A stretch of DNA of 64,000 bases from the NCBI GenBank assembly GCA_020536535.1, contig JAHLWZ010000826.1:36615-100614 (forward strand), in the 5' to 3' direction. Position numbers and translations under genes: made by a program. The notes beneath the pieces are model-generated. The model did no database searches. It worked only from the letters and a program-made list of their open reading frames with translations, and was not told where the DNA came from. This stretch comes from Pelomyxa schiedti. Taxonomy: Eukaryota; Protista; Evosea. Each line of letters opens with the position of its first letter. Within the stretch, counting starts at the first letter, position 1. This document shows positions 34,021 through 45,740 of the stretch, one piece after another.

Positions 34021-36450
34021 ATGCCAGCCAATTTGAAACCATTGAAACCCAGGTTCGACACTGGGCCTTCGAGGTTTCCATTATTGGGAGAACTAATGCT
34101 GGGAAGTCTACACTGTTAAATGCTCTACTGCGGAAACAAGTACTTCCCTCCTCAGTGCAAACGCAGACTGGGCCATGGCTACATATAAGGCATGATGAGT
34201 CCAGAGAGCCGGCGCTATCTCTAAGTAGAGAACTAACACCACAGTAAGAGAAATTGGTGAAGCAGGCCTTTAAGATTGAAGAGATTACTGTAACTGGGTG
34301 CTCCAAAATCACTCATCAGTTGCAGTAATTAAATGAAAACTTTCGAGATGTGTTCAACTCTGAGAAGCTTGTCTTACGATGCCCAATCCCTTGCTTCCAA
34401 GGGTTGTCGTCTAACACGACGTTTGAGTTTGTTGACACTGCTGGATTCACTGAGAACGGCTTATCCAATTACTCTTTGCGCCGCCTTCTATCAAAAACGT
34501 TGCCCCATTCTGCCATTGTTCTTTACCTCTTTACAACACAATAAATAATTATCTCACCCAAACAACATTTTAAGGTAAAAGAGCAAATAGCACGGGAGTT
34601 TGGGGGAACAATCGGGCAGAAGAGACTTTTAGACAATCCAAAAGAGCTCATGAAATATGTCCTGTCAGGATCTTGAAGAACAGAAGGAGATATTCGGAGT
34701 CGAGGCCTTGGAGAAAGTGCTGCGCACTTACTATGGCAATCTATCAAAGGACCTCATCTTAATGTAAGTAAAGGGGACCTGCAATTGGTTCATCGTGACC
34801 ACCAGCGCGTTACCGCCATCCTCTCACAGTTAAAGGCAATCAACCAAGTTATTTTGAGCAATGGCTGAGGCTATTGAGCACCAGTTGGCTGATTTTCTCT
34901 GCAAAGTTACATCTTTGATTACCCAGCAAAAGGTGAATTAACAGGAAACTTGATGACAGCTTAAACACAATTTGCGAATACCTTCAAACCCACGATGTAC
35001 ACATGTACCAATCAGTATGATTATTGAAAGCATGTAGCAATCAATAAGCTTATTTTGCTTCAGTTTCGAACCATTCAAGTCGATATCTCGCGCAAGGATT
35101 TGGCACTTTTTGACTGTTTCTAAAAAAGCAAATTTTCAGCAATAAGTTCCACCCCACATAACAATAACCATCAAAAAGTGCCAAAATCCGTCGGCGAGAA
35201 AGACTTTGCAGTCGAGCGCATCAGTGAGCTTTCTCATTCTGCTTCGATTCAAGCAGACCTCGTTGCCAAGTACATCAATGAGAACTTTTTGCTCGAAAGC
35301 GGGCAGATCCGCATTTACACCCACTGACATATCCAAACATGATCTTGTTCTGTCTGCAGACTCGTGGCAGGCTCTTTCCAAAGTTATGGTATCCCACTGG
35401 GACAAAGACATAACTTTACAAATTACTGCCGATATTAGCGTGGAGAAAGTGTGTATGAGGAGCTGGTTTTACTGGTGTGGAAAATTGGCAAGTTCCACAA
35501 CTAGAATTAATAGCGAAGCCAAAATGAGGGAGTTTCCTGTTTCTCAACTGCAGAAGGTGAGGCAAATGTTCCAAAACAGTTTTATAGATGCCCTTACAAA
35601 GTGGAAAGAGTACCTGATCCAGAAGAGTCAGGAACATTTTTAGGGTGACAGCTCTGGTCAACACTTCTGAAGAAGTTGGTGTTAAACTAGATGAATATGA
35701 TCGGGCTTTTGAAACCCTTACATCCCGGAAATGCTGTCCTGCAGAAGAGGTTTGGACTCAACAACTACATCCCAACTGATGTAAGCGCACTATCAGAAGC
35801 TCTTCCCTCTCCTCCCAATCTCCTCACACATCATTATTGTCTCGCAGACATTGAAGTTTTCTGATCATCTCACTTGCCATGGGCTACTTGGAACTGGAGG
35901 TACATCTCTGGTATTTGAAGTTGAATCCAAAGACTTTCCCAGCAAGAAGTTGGCCCTCAAAGCCACGCCGATGTGCCTGAAAGGAAGGGCAACGGCGCGA
36001 GCTGTGATGAAGACAAGGATCGGCCCGGTAACTTCCGCAACCGATCCTCGAATTCTCACTCAAAAAACAGAGATATCAAGCTGGCGAACAGCAGGTTCAA
36101 CACGAGTAACAGGTCGACTTTGGCTGTGCCGCCCAAGTCGGAAGCAACTGGGAAATCCTCGTTTACCAACCCTGGGGGAACCCCAGAGCCTCCCACCGGA
36201 GTTACACCAAGCCATCAACACCAGGCGGACCGGGAGCCCACTGATCATCAACTATGACAAGTGCGACCTGTATGCGCTCGCCATGGCGTTCTACAACCTT
36301 GTGGGACCACCCGGCAATGGAGTACCAGTCAGGCCTCCCCTCATACCGCAGTTCTCGTGCCGCGGGTGATGGCCGGGATGTTACTGACTGGCAAGAAGTA
36401 CGAGAGGTTGTCTGTGGGTGACACCATCAGGTCATTGGCTCCCCTGCTTT
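34021..36450 (+). pseudogene. Dynamin-N-type GTPase followed by a protein-kinase-like domain; in-frame stops and frameshifts
   Basis: G1 IIGRTNAGKSTLLNALL...LPS; G3 FEFVDTAG. TAA stops at ~34245, ~34326 and ~34542. Kinase remnants LLGTGGTSLVFEV...LALKA, RDIKLAN and YDKCDLYALAMAFY lie in different frames. Confidence 0.6.
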
Positions 36451-36582
36451 AGAATGGAAGCCAAAATCCCTGTGTTTCAAGAGTGGGACGCAAGGGTTAT
36501 TTTTCCTTCACAATCGCAGAACAGGAAAAAAAAAGCCACCAAGAAACAACCATTTTTAAATCGATTCGATTTAATTTGTGAT

Positions 36583-37992
36583 TCAGAGCAAGAAGGAGAA
36601 CTCAGTGAACATACGGACAGTTACAGGTTTATGGTCATGATATGTTACCTTCATAACTTGTGCACCAGTGGCATAGTCAGTGACCAACACATCACCAGCC
36701 CTTGTGTGGAACATGAACCCTCCACTCCCAAAGTCCTTGTCATAGTCCATCAAGCCATGGCATTGACTACCACTCTCAACAACCCGGAGTGCCTTGGAGG
36801 GAAAATTGTAATCCCAAATCTCAAGTGCACTAGAATGCGAAACGCAGTAAAGCCTGTCACTCAGCTGTGAAAGCTCCACCCATCCCGGGAAGGCATTTCC
36901 AGACACAAGCATTTGCTGCTGCTGCTGTTGGTGAGGCTGGTCAGCAGCAAATTGCGGTGGTGTTGAAGACGATGGTGGGGATTCAGCATACTGGAGAATG
37001 AAGACAGGGGGGCCAGTGACCCAAACCATAATGATGAAGGCCCGTGCCTTTGATTCTGTCAGGAGAACCAAACACTTGTGGATATCGATAATGTGCTCTG
37101 TAAGATCCAGTGGGAGGAGGCACAACGTCGAGCTGAGTGGGAGTGCAATGGAATTGGTCTCGGAGTGTTCCAGTTGTTCCAGGTTGAAAACGGCGAGTTC
37201 AAGCTTGTCAACACGCTGGCTCTGCTTCATAACAAGCAACACCTCATCATGGTGGCACTTATTCATGAAAAGGGCAACAAGAATCTCCTTATGCAGGTCA
37301 AACAGCCGGGGTTGTCTTTCTTGCCCAGACCCCCCAGCTGAGAGATTCACAACACAAACCTCACAACTCTCACACAGAGCCACCAACCACTTGTGATTCA
37401 CACAATACTTCCATGAAGCTCTTGCAATCGCCCTGCCACTCTGTGATGCAGCGAGCGGCTCAGACAGTGATGGAACTCTGGTAATCTGGTACTTGTTGCA
37501 GCACCCACCATCTGGTACAACATCAATCAGGTGTGTCTGATTGGCCCCAAGCATTGAACAAAAGCAGGACACCTTTCTCTCACGGACCCAGAGCCTCGAG
37601 TGGCGAGGGAAAACGCCCAGTGTTGCCTCTGAAACCGCAAACGTGAACAGAACTTCGTGCTGCAGACCCCAAACCTCACGCTGAGGGCCATAACTCACAC
37701 TGAAGAACCTCACAGGGGCCTCGTTCCTCACCCAATCCCACACAGTCTTGATGGCAATGATGATGGACACGCCATCTAACAACGTCGAGAATAATAAGGT
37801 GCTTCCAGATTGGTCAGTGCCCCTGTGTTTGATTTTTGCACGCCTTGGGCGCGAAATGGAAATACACAAGAGGGCGGCGAACTGCAAAGCGACGTCGACG
37901 GTCGGCACAACAGCGACTTGTGGGAGGTTGTCATTATTTTCTTCAGTCATTGTTGTTCTTAGTAGTGCTGTTTGATGTACAGTAGATGGCAT
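36583..37992 (-). CDS. Intronless member of a lineage-specific family ('LPQVAVVPTVDVA.QFAALL'), tandem copy 1
   Basis: ~470-aa ORF, collinear with 38058-39503 (VWDWVRNEAPVRFFSV, NHKWLVA, VLLTESKARAFII, TDYATGAQV). Confidence 0.75.
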   Translation of the reverse strand: MPSTVHQTALLRTTMTEENNDNLPQVAVVPTVDVALQFAALLCISISRPRRAKIKHRGTDQSGSTLLFSTLLDGVSIIIAIKTVWDWVRNEAPVRFFSVSYGPQREVWGLQHEVLFTFAVSEATLGVFPRHSRLWVRERKVSCFCSMLGANQTHLIDVVPDGGCCNKYQITRVPSLSEPLAASQSGRAIARASWKYCVNHKWLVALCESCEVCVVNLSAGGSGQERQPRLFDLHKEILVALFMNKCHHDEVLLVMKQSQRVDKLELAVFNLEQLEHSETNSIALPLSSTLCLLPLDLTEHIIDIHKCLVLLTESKARAFIIMVWVTGPPVFILQYAESPPSSSTPPQFAADQPHQQQQQQMLVSGNAFPGWVELSQLSDRLYCVSHSSALEIWDYNFPSKALRVVESGSQCHGLMDYDKDFGSGGFMFHTRAGDVLVTDYATGAQVMKVTYHDHKPVTVRMFTEFSFLL

Positions 37993-38057
37993 TGATGTTG
38001 ACGTTGTCCCGCCAACAATAAATAATAAAAACAAGTTTTGCTACACCAACCAAAGAA

Positions 38058-39503
38058 TCAGAGCAAGAAGGAGAAACCGTACAAACTGGTTACCCTGGAA
38101 CAGAGCTGGGGTTGGTCATCAAATGTCACCCTCAAGACTTGTGCACCAGTGGCATAGTCAGTGACCAGAATGTCACAAGACCTTGTCTGGAACATGAAGC
38201 CACCATACCCAAAGTACTTGTCAAAGTTAATGCCATGGGATTGCTTTTCGACAACCTGGAGTGCCTTGCAGGGGAAGTTGCAGTCCCAAATCTCGAGTCC
38301 CCGGTAATATGAAACACAATAAATGCTGTCACTCAGCTGTGAAAGAGTCAGCTCGGGCCGGTGTTTGCGCTGGTGAACAAGCTCTGACAGAAAGATTTGG
38401 TGCTGCTGATGGTTATGCTGATCAGCAAATTGTGCTGCTGCTTTTGAGGACAGTGATGGTGGTTCGGCATACTGGAGAACAAATGAACAGTAACCGTCAC
38501 CGACCACAATAATGAAGGCCCGTGCCTTTGATTCTGTCAGGAGAACCAGACACTTCTCGTACTTCAAAAAAGGTGACGGGATGTGGCACAAGGTAGAGCT
38601 GATTGGAAGTACAAGGGAATTGGATTCAGAGTTATCCAGTCGCTCCAGGTTGAAAATGGCAAGTTCAATTTTTGCATTGCCCACATTCTCCTGCAGAACC
38701 AGCACAACCTCATCAGGGTGGCACTTATTCATGAACAGAGACGTCAGAGACTTGCCATGCAGGTCTATGGCCCTGGGAGGTCTTTCAGGCCTGTCCTCAA
38801 CTGACAAGAGGTTCACAACACATACTCCTTTCCCACACCGGGCCACAAGCCACTTGTGATTCACGCAAAACGTCCAATCACATTCACGCAACAGAGCAGT
38901 GCAATTCTGAGTGAGCAGTGATGATGGCGACATAGTTCCAGAATACCAGTAGCTCATTGAACTTGTACGACTGTCCAATCCGCACCAAATCAAGTGTGTT
39001 TGATTGGCTCCAAGCATTTCACAGAATATGTCCAACTTTCGAATCCAGACCCTCATGTGGCAAGGGAAGACGCCCAGTGTTGCCATTGAGACCCCGAACG
39101 TGAGCAGAACAGCTGACTCTGATGGATTCCTGCCATGCACAGGCAGAAACTTCACGCTGAAGAACCTCACAGGGGCCTCGTTCCTCACCCAATCCCACAC
39201 AGTCCTGATGGCAACGACAATATCGTCCAAGTTCAACGGCCAGGTCGAACACGAGGAAGACCCTGCCAGTGCGAATCTGAATTTGGGCTGTGGCTTCCGG
39301 TTTCCAAGAACAACGCGGCGTTCGTTTTCGAACGCGAAGCTGGCGATCTTGCGCGGAATGGAAATGCACAAGAGGGCGGCGAACTGCGACGCGACGTCGA
39401 CGGTCGGCACAACAGCGACTTGTGGGAGTACGTGCTCATTTTGATTGCACCTTGATCTCTTGGTGTTGGGTCCGCTCGGTGCTTCGTTATCTTCGTCGCT
39501 CAT
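38058..39503 (-). CDS. Intronless member of the same family, tandem copy 2
   Basis: 481-aa ORF with an ATG start, sharing the motifs of the neighbouring gene. Confidence 0.8.
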   Translation of the reverse strand: MSDEDNEAPSGPNTKRSRCNQNEHVLPQVAVVPTVDVASQFAALLCISIPRKIASFAFENERRVVLGNRKPQPKFRFALAGSSSCSTWPLNLDDIVVAIRTVWDWVRNEAPVRFFSVKFLPVHGRNPSESAVLLTFGVSMATLGVFPCHMRVWIRKLDIFCEMLGANQTHLIWCGLDSRTSSMSYWYSGTMSPSSLLTQNCTALLRECDWTFCVNHKWLVARCGKGVCVVNLLSVEDRPERPPRAIDLHGKSLTSLFMNKCHPDEVVLVLQENVGNAKIELAIFNLERLDNSESNSLVLPISSTLCHIPSPFLKYEKCLVLLTESKARAFIIVVGDGYCSFVLQYAEPPSLSSKAAAQFADQHNHQQHQIFLSELVHQRKHRPELTLSQLSDSIYCVSYYRGLEIWDCNFPCKALQVVEKQSHGINFDKYFGYGGFMFQTRSCDILVTDYATGAQVLRVTFDDQPQLCSRVTSLYGFSFLL

Positions 39504-39603
39504 CAGCAGCTGTGATTTCTGCGGAACAAGTTTTTGAAAGAAATTTGAGCTTTGGAATTGAGTGACCCTTTTCGGTTGTCACTCGCACACCAGTCACTGC
39601 TTT

Positions 39604-42005
39604 TTAGCCAAAGAGGTCCATAGATAGTAGGTCTATCTGTTCCTCTGTATTTTGGGTTGTTGGTGGCTTTCTCTTGAGGAGGAGACCTTGATCCTCCAAC
39701 CACCAAATGGTTTCCCGCATGTCGACATTCGTAGCGGCTGCGAGATATTCTTCAGTTGACATGATATCAGGCCACCACAGCACCAGGAGCGGTGAATACG
39801 CAACAGTGAACAGGAAGTGGTCAATGACAACTTTTTTGGTGATGTCCGGGAACAATCTTAACATCAAACTCCAGCCTGCAAAATCAGCTCCTCTGGGTTC
39901 AAACCATCGCAGGTGGAAAACCTTTGGGTTCTGAGGTTAGTGGTTTTTTTGCAGCAGGTGAATGAATATACATCATCAGCGGTCACAGAAAACTTGTTGG
40001 CAAACCATAGTGCGCAACTGCACTTGCTTCTGGAAATTAAGGAAATCAGAATTTTCCCCTTATGTTTTGAGGTCATTTCCTTTTCCAAGTTGAAATGTGA
40101 AATCAGCCACTTGAGCACTTTGCTGGAGTCTGCATAATGAGTCAATAGCCTCAGAACATCAGAGGGAGCCAGCCCAACTTGAGTTTCAGCAAGGTGCACA
40201 ATCTTTTTGACTTGAAGGAGGTCAGCATCATTTTCCATTGCCTCCTTTAGAAAATCCAGGGATGAGAACCAGTCTCCCAAATGTGGCCTGAACTTCTCAA
40301 TCAGAAACAACGCCAGGTACATGGCGGTAGGGTCAGAGAGGGCACGGGTTATGATATCCTTCAACGCACCAACAACTTCACTCTCTGGGATGTCAACGAC
40401 TCCTGGATGTTGCCAGTTGAACGCCGGTCCATTGATGTAGTTGTAGTCCAAAAGCTTGCTCAGGGAAAGAGTTGGTGTTGTTTTGGTGAGACTGAAGAAG
40501 CACTCCTCAAGAAACTGTGCAATACGCATGTTGCCGCTTGCGAGTGTTATGTGGAGAGAATCAAGGACGTCGTCACGGCTTAATGGGGGGAGCTTTTCAC
40601 ACACCAATTTGGCGATGGCCACGTTGTCCTTTCTGTGTCTGCATGCACTCTTGAAATCATATTCGGTTGGGGTTGCTCTCTCCAACAACCACTCTGCGAA
40701 CTGAACATCATCTGCATCCTGAAGGAGACTCCCCAATCTGGGTTCGAGAAGGGAAGAGTTCACACCTTCCAGTGCCCACTTGACCACTTCACAGTTCCTG
40801 GAGTCGGTGAAATCCATCTCCTCCGATGGAAACCTCTGCATCAGCCACTCGCACACTTTTATGATCTCGTCTGCTGGTCCCTTGCAGTTCACTGCACTCC
40901 GTGCCATGCCACTGGCATCGAAGTGCCACTCTGGAAACGTTTCAATGAGCCTCCTGATGTCAGATGCTCGGCGAGGCACTCCCCACCACCATGCCTCAAA
41001 CTGCAAAGATAGCCTCTCTGTGGCATTGATTGTGTTCGCCAGCCACACAATCGTGTCAACCTGGAACCCTTCGGCAGCAAATAGAAGTCGTTTCAGCAGA
41101 AACCAAGACTCGTCAGTACCACCGAAGCGAGACAATGCCCACTTGAGTGTGTCGAGGTGCCCTCGTCCGGCCACGATGTCCAGGAGCTTTGGGAGGCCCT
41201 TGTCACCCCAGAATTCACTCTCCAGCCTCCCAACAGTCAAGTCACCACTTAAAATAACCTGGCGATCATGATGATCACCACCATCGTAATCTCCCCCAGA
41301 GTACTTGTGATAACAGGTGGGAAGTGGATAAAACACAAACCCCCTTCCGCCTTCGCTGCTCGTTGCTGTTGAAGCGCATGTGGTGGAATCACAAGGGACA
41401 GCAGGAGCCCTGTCGCGAGGCCACAGCAACGAGCCCCAGGGTGCCCCTTCGTCCACAAACCTCCTGGCAGAGTCCAGGTGCCCCCCGGCGCACAGCCCCG
41501 TCAGCACGGCCATGCACTCCTTCCCCCACCCCTGCCTCCTCCACTCCCCCTCCTCCACCTCCCCCACCTCCTCTCCCTCCTGAGGGTGTGCATTTCTTGG
41601 GCCGCTTGTGATTGGGAGGGGGTGGGAGCCGTGGGGGAAGTGGGACAGGAACCAGCGGCAGCAGGAGGGTGCCTGGGCTTCCCCGCAACAGCGGAGGAAC
41701 CATCGGCGGGAGGCCCCTCTGGCCCGCATGAGGGCCCGGCAGGCCAGCCCTGCGAGGGGGAACATCGCCTCGGCCACTCGCAGCAGAGTGAGTGCGTGCT
41801 TGTCCTTTGGCCTTGGGCCGAGGAGGAAGTACTCTGGTCCAAGTGGCCAATCGAAGTCCCGTGTGTTGTTGTTGTTGTGTTTGTTGCTGTTATGATGAAA
41901 GAAAATGAGGGTGTGGTGGGATTGTGGGATCACCCACGGGACCATCACCCATTCCCACACAACTCGCGAAACTTCCGTAACCCACAAGCTGCTTCCGCTC
42001 GTCAT
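39604..42005 (-). CDS. Lineage-expanded ankyrin-like repeat protein, duplicate of 53923-56363
   Basis: KECMAVLTGLCAGGHL; AGRGHLDTLKWAL. An intron near 39930-39971 restores the frame into WSLMLRLFP. Confidence 0.75.
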
Positions 42006-42194
42006 CCCTTTCCTTTATCCAATCAAAAACCTCTTCGCAGTCTGGATCAGCCACAAGAACAACCAATGAGCGACAAGGAAGCGGTGGCTCAGGAACTGAA
42101 ACAGAAGATGCTTGACAGGCGCACAAAGAGAGAATCCCACTATTTCTATTTCCATTTCTATTTCTAAATCTGCAATAAACGCGAAGCGCGGAAA

Positions 42195-45100
42195 CATGCG
42201 TGGCCGCCGATTTCACAGTCGCAAGCTGTTCAACCGTGGCTTTGACATGTCTGCTCAGTACACCTCGCCCTCTCAATCTCTGCGCTTTCTTGCTGAAGCT
42301 CTACGTCGACAAACACCCTTTTCGTCGGCGTCGGGCGCCGGCGACTCACATGTGGCTCCGACGGCTACCACTACACCTACGACAATTGCGACGACCTGCA
42401 CTACAAGCGGCAGTAAGGCGTCCCCGCCTCGCGATGACGATGGCGACGACCCCAGGGGCACACCCCCTACTAAACCCCTGGGTGCTACCCTTCCCGTTGC
42501 CGGATTCCCCGGTATGCATAAAAGAAAAGAAGGGGGTTTCTTTCTTTTTCTGAGCATGTCATAGGCACAGACAGCTTCCTAATTTCCCTGGAGCATGAAG
42601 TAGTTCCCATTCCACCGCTTCTTCTCCATTATAATTACATCAAATCCGACATCATTGGAAAAGAAGTCCCTCTGTCAAAAGAGGACATCGAACAAGTTTT
42701 CAACTTCCTTAGCCATCATGACCTACATCACTTCGACCTTTCCAAAGTTTTCCTGTTAGTGTTGAAAAAACAATGGAAATAACAAAAAAAAGATTCAATT
42801 ACTCAGTGACCATCCTGCCCCAATGATTATTGCAGCCCAGGCCACAAAAATATCTGAGCTGACTTCTGAAGTTAGAAAACAGACTGAACCCATTCCTCTT
42901 TCAGGTTAACTATGTATTCTTGTGAGTAACAAGTGACATTTTTTTTAGATATTAGATTAGCTGACGAGAATGGCGTTATTATGCAGTACTTTAAAACAGG
43001 TGAGGCAATGTTGGCGGACCAATCAGGACAACAGACTCTACAACATTTCGTAGACTCCATACAGAACCTCAAAGAAAAATACTGGACAAAGTATCATAAC
43101 AACGATATGCCTTTTGTAATCCTGGATGGTAGCTCTGGAATGGGAAAGACCCAGATGGCATTCTCGTTAAATTCCGATGTTATGTATGACAACCTACCCA
43201 TATCCCCCATAATTACTTTAAACAGATATATCGTATGGTCCTTCCAGAAGGAACAGCCTATTTACAAGTGCTGGACACCCCTATCTGCCAGCTTCCTAGA
43301 GTGCATGCAGAGAGACGTTGGGAACTGGATTCAGAGAAAGGGAACCCTATGGCCATTCTGCGAACTCATGCGTCCATCAGGAATGCGTTTCTGGACAGTG
43401 GCGTGGCTCAACTTGCTCCAAAAGTTCCAATATAATGAATGCACCTCTTCACCATCTCCAGTTGAATCCCAGTTCCCCAAACGGCTTCCCTACTCCCTTT
43501 TGGAGAGGAATTTTGACTCCATTCCTGGCCCAATGACTATTGCAGAGTTCCAACAAGCCTGGCCTGATACAGAGGGTGCCACTAATAAGCCTATAGTGTT
43601 TATCGACGAAATACCTACCAAAAAAGCAGTGAAAGAACTGATTTTTATCCGAAACCTCTGCCGTGTACTGGGCTTTATCGTCGTTTTATCAGGCACCAAT
43701 TCCAGAGCTATCAACTTAGTCAAAGGCTTTGAGGATAACCCTTCTCGTTATGAAAGCCCACCATACCTATGGTGCTACCTATTCTCACACCCATCACTGC
43801 CATCCCCTCCAAGTCTGGGAGTATGCTGGGTTCCTGATAGGCAACAACTCCTCGAAAAGTGCCATGCATTGCACCGCAAATTTGGTCAATTTGTTGAGTA
43901 CTGTGCACAGCACAGCCGTGCTCTCTTCGTTATCACCATGTTTGATAAGCTCAGAGAATTACTGCCCCAAGGTGAGGGTGGAGATGACTTCACTTTATCC
44001 TGTTCATCAGCCTCTTCGAGGCCAGAACCCCTCTCGATCTTGAATGCCTTATTTGTTAAGCTGCACAACATCTTGCTTGATAAGAAGCCTGCAATCTATG
44101 AGGACAGAATTGGCCAAGCAGCTCAGCTTGTATCATATTTTCCAGGACATAAGGCCCACATTACTCAATTTATTTCCCATCACTTCGCGCACCTATGGAT
44201 CCCTGGTAGCGAAGCTGCTTTTTGGAAAGTATATAATGAATGTGGCACTTTGTCCTATCATCCAGAACATCCGAAACATGACCCTCAAAAACAAGTAACA
44301 CCAGGATGTTGCTTTCCACATCTAGTTCAGGAACCTTTGCTCTTTCTAAGCCTCTGTGGCAATATGGAGGTCTCATCTCCATTTTTGAAAGGGAAGAAAG
44401 AGCATCAAGTACCACTCATCGAAGCGTGGCCCTCCATCTACCAATTTGCCACTTCGATTGTTGATACAAGCAAACCTCAAACAGAAAACTCCGGAAGTAA
44501 TGGCCTTATGCTTGAGCAATTTGGGGGTGTGGCTGTGTCAGCTGCATCCCATAGTGGAGGTTTTGGGGGACAGACCTTGTCCAATTTTATGCACTCTTTA
44601 TTTTTCCACCTGTATGGCAACTCAAACAATCCATGCTCCCGTGGGCAAGTACCATCAGAGGTCACAGACAACAGCAACTTGTGCTGCAGGTTGTGGCAAA
44701 ATATCTGCAACGCTGTGGATGAGGCTATACTTGAGCAAAGGGTACCATTTTTTCCAGCACAGAACGATCCCATCACTGAAGAGCTTGAGTGTCTCAAAAC
44801 AATTCCTGGTGTGTTTATGGAAGATTTAACCCTGTCAAAGAAAAAAGATATGATCGATCTCCGAGGGGGCAATGTCATCGTGGAATGCAAGGACTGGGCA
44901 AACTTGTTCACATCTGACAAACTCCAAAAAGTGATTTCGAAGTTCCTAAGACAGGCCAACTGGACACTAGGGCTTATTCTTTGCCGGAAAACGCCGATCC
45001 AATTCCGCTCTCTTCCCACCAAGTCCTACGCGAACCTTGCCCTCTTCTCAGTACGAAAACCGAACCAGTACCATCCAGTGGAACCAATTTTCACCACCCT

Positions 45101-45363
45101 GGTGACAACCCCTGAAATTCACCACATCATCGTGATTGTCCAGCTGGGGGTGTGTGAACCCTTGTCCAGTCCTCTGCCCTTTGTCACTCTTCAAAAAACG
45201 TGAAAATCCTCCATCCAACAACGTTGAAGAGCAACAAGAAGAACAAAAAACAGATTACACTGAAACCAATGAAGAAGACACACCTGATGATGGGGAGCAG
45301 ACGACTTCTATGGATGATGATAGTAGTGTCTCTTCCGATGCATCTTCTGACGAAGAAGAGTAA
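42195..45363 (+). CDS. Crinkler (CR)-effector-like P-loop NTPase + C-terminal PD-(D/E)xK-type nuclease; probable extra 5' exons and an acidic last exon
   Basis: Main exon 42933-45203 has Walker A PFVILDGSSGMGKTQMAF, Walker B IVFIDE and RNLCRVLGFIVVLSGTNSRAINL. C-terminus DMID...VECKDW...LGLILC. The outer exon boundaries are tentative. Confidence 0.7.
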
Positions 45364-45740
45364 AGACAAACAAATGGCGCTTTGAGTTGTAATGTGGGAT
45401 TCAGGCTGTTGGGATTAGGATGTTCTTAAGGGATAAAATGAATTTCCAAAATTCTTCTTTGCAAGTCTCTGGAAGTTCGTTCTTTTGTTGTGCACCAAAT
45501 GAACCTCAAATCCACAGGACAAACAGCTTCGTCTTCCAGTCAACCTAACAACGGACCCTGGTTGAAGTGAAGAAAAAGTTACATTAGGGGAAGTATCTAA
45601 TGGGGCAAGCTGCAGGTACTGCCGCCTGCAGCGAGAGGTCAAATGCCCGCACCGTCAATCAACCATCCGAGCGCTACCTCGAGTGTCAGTCCAGCCTCCT
45701 CGCCGCTGTCAAGGGCAACAAGATCCTCACCGCGGCCGCT

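Noticed and set aside
34048-34065. cccag-gttcgaca-ctggg, resembling a tRNA T-arm
   Set aside because: No acceptor, D or anticodon arms around it, and it lies within the GTPase reading frame.
34245-34545. Alternative genetic code (TAA = Gln) suggested by three in-frame TAAs
   Set aside because: Well-supported genes in the window (the actin fusion, the ART fusion, DBP5) end in TAA and contain no internal TAA.
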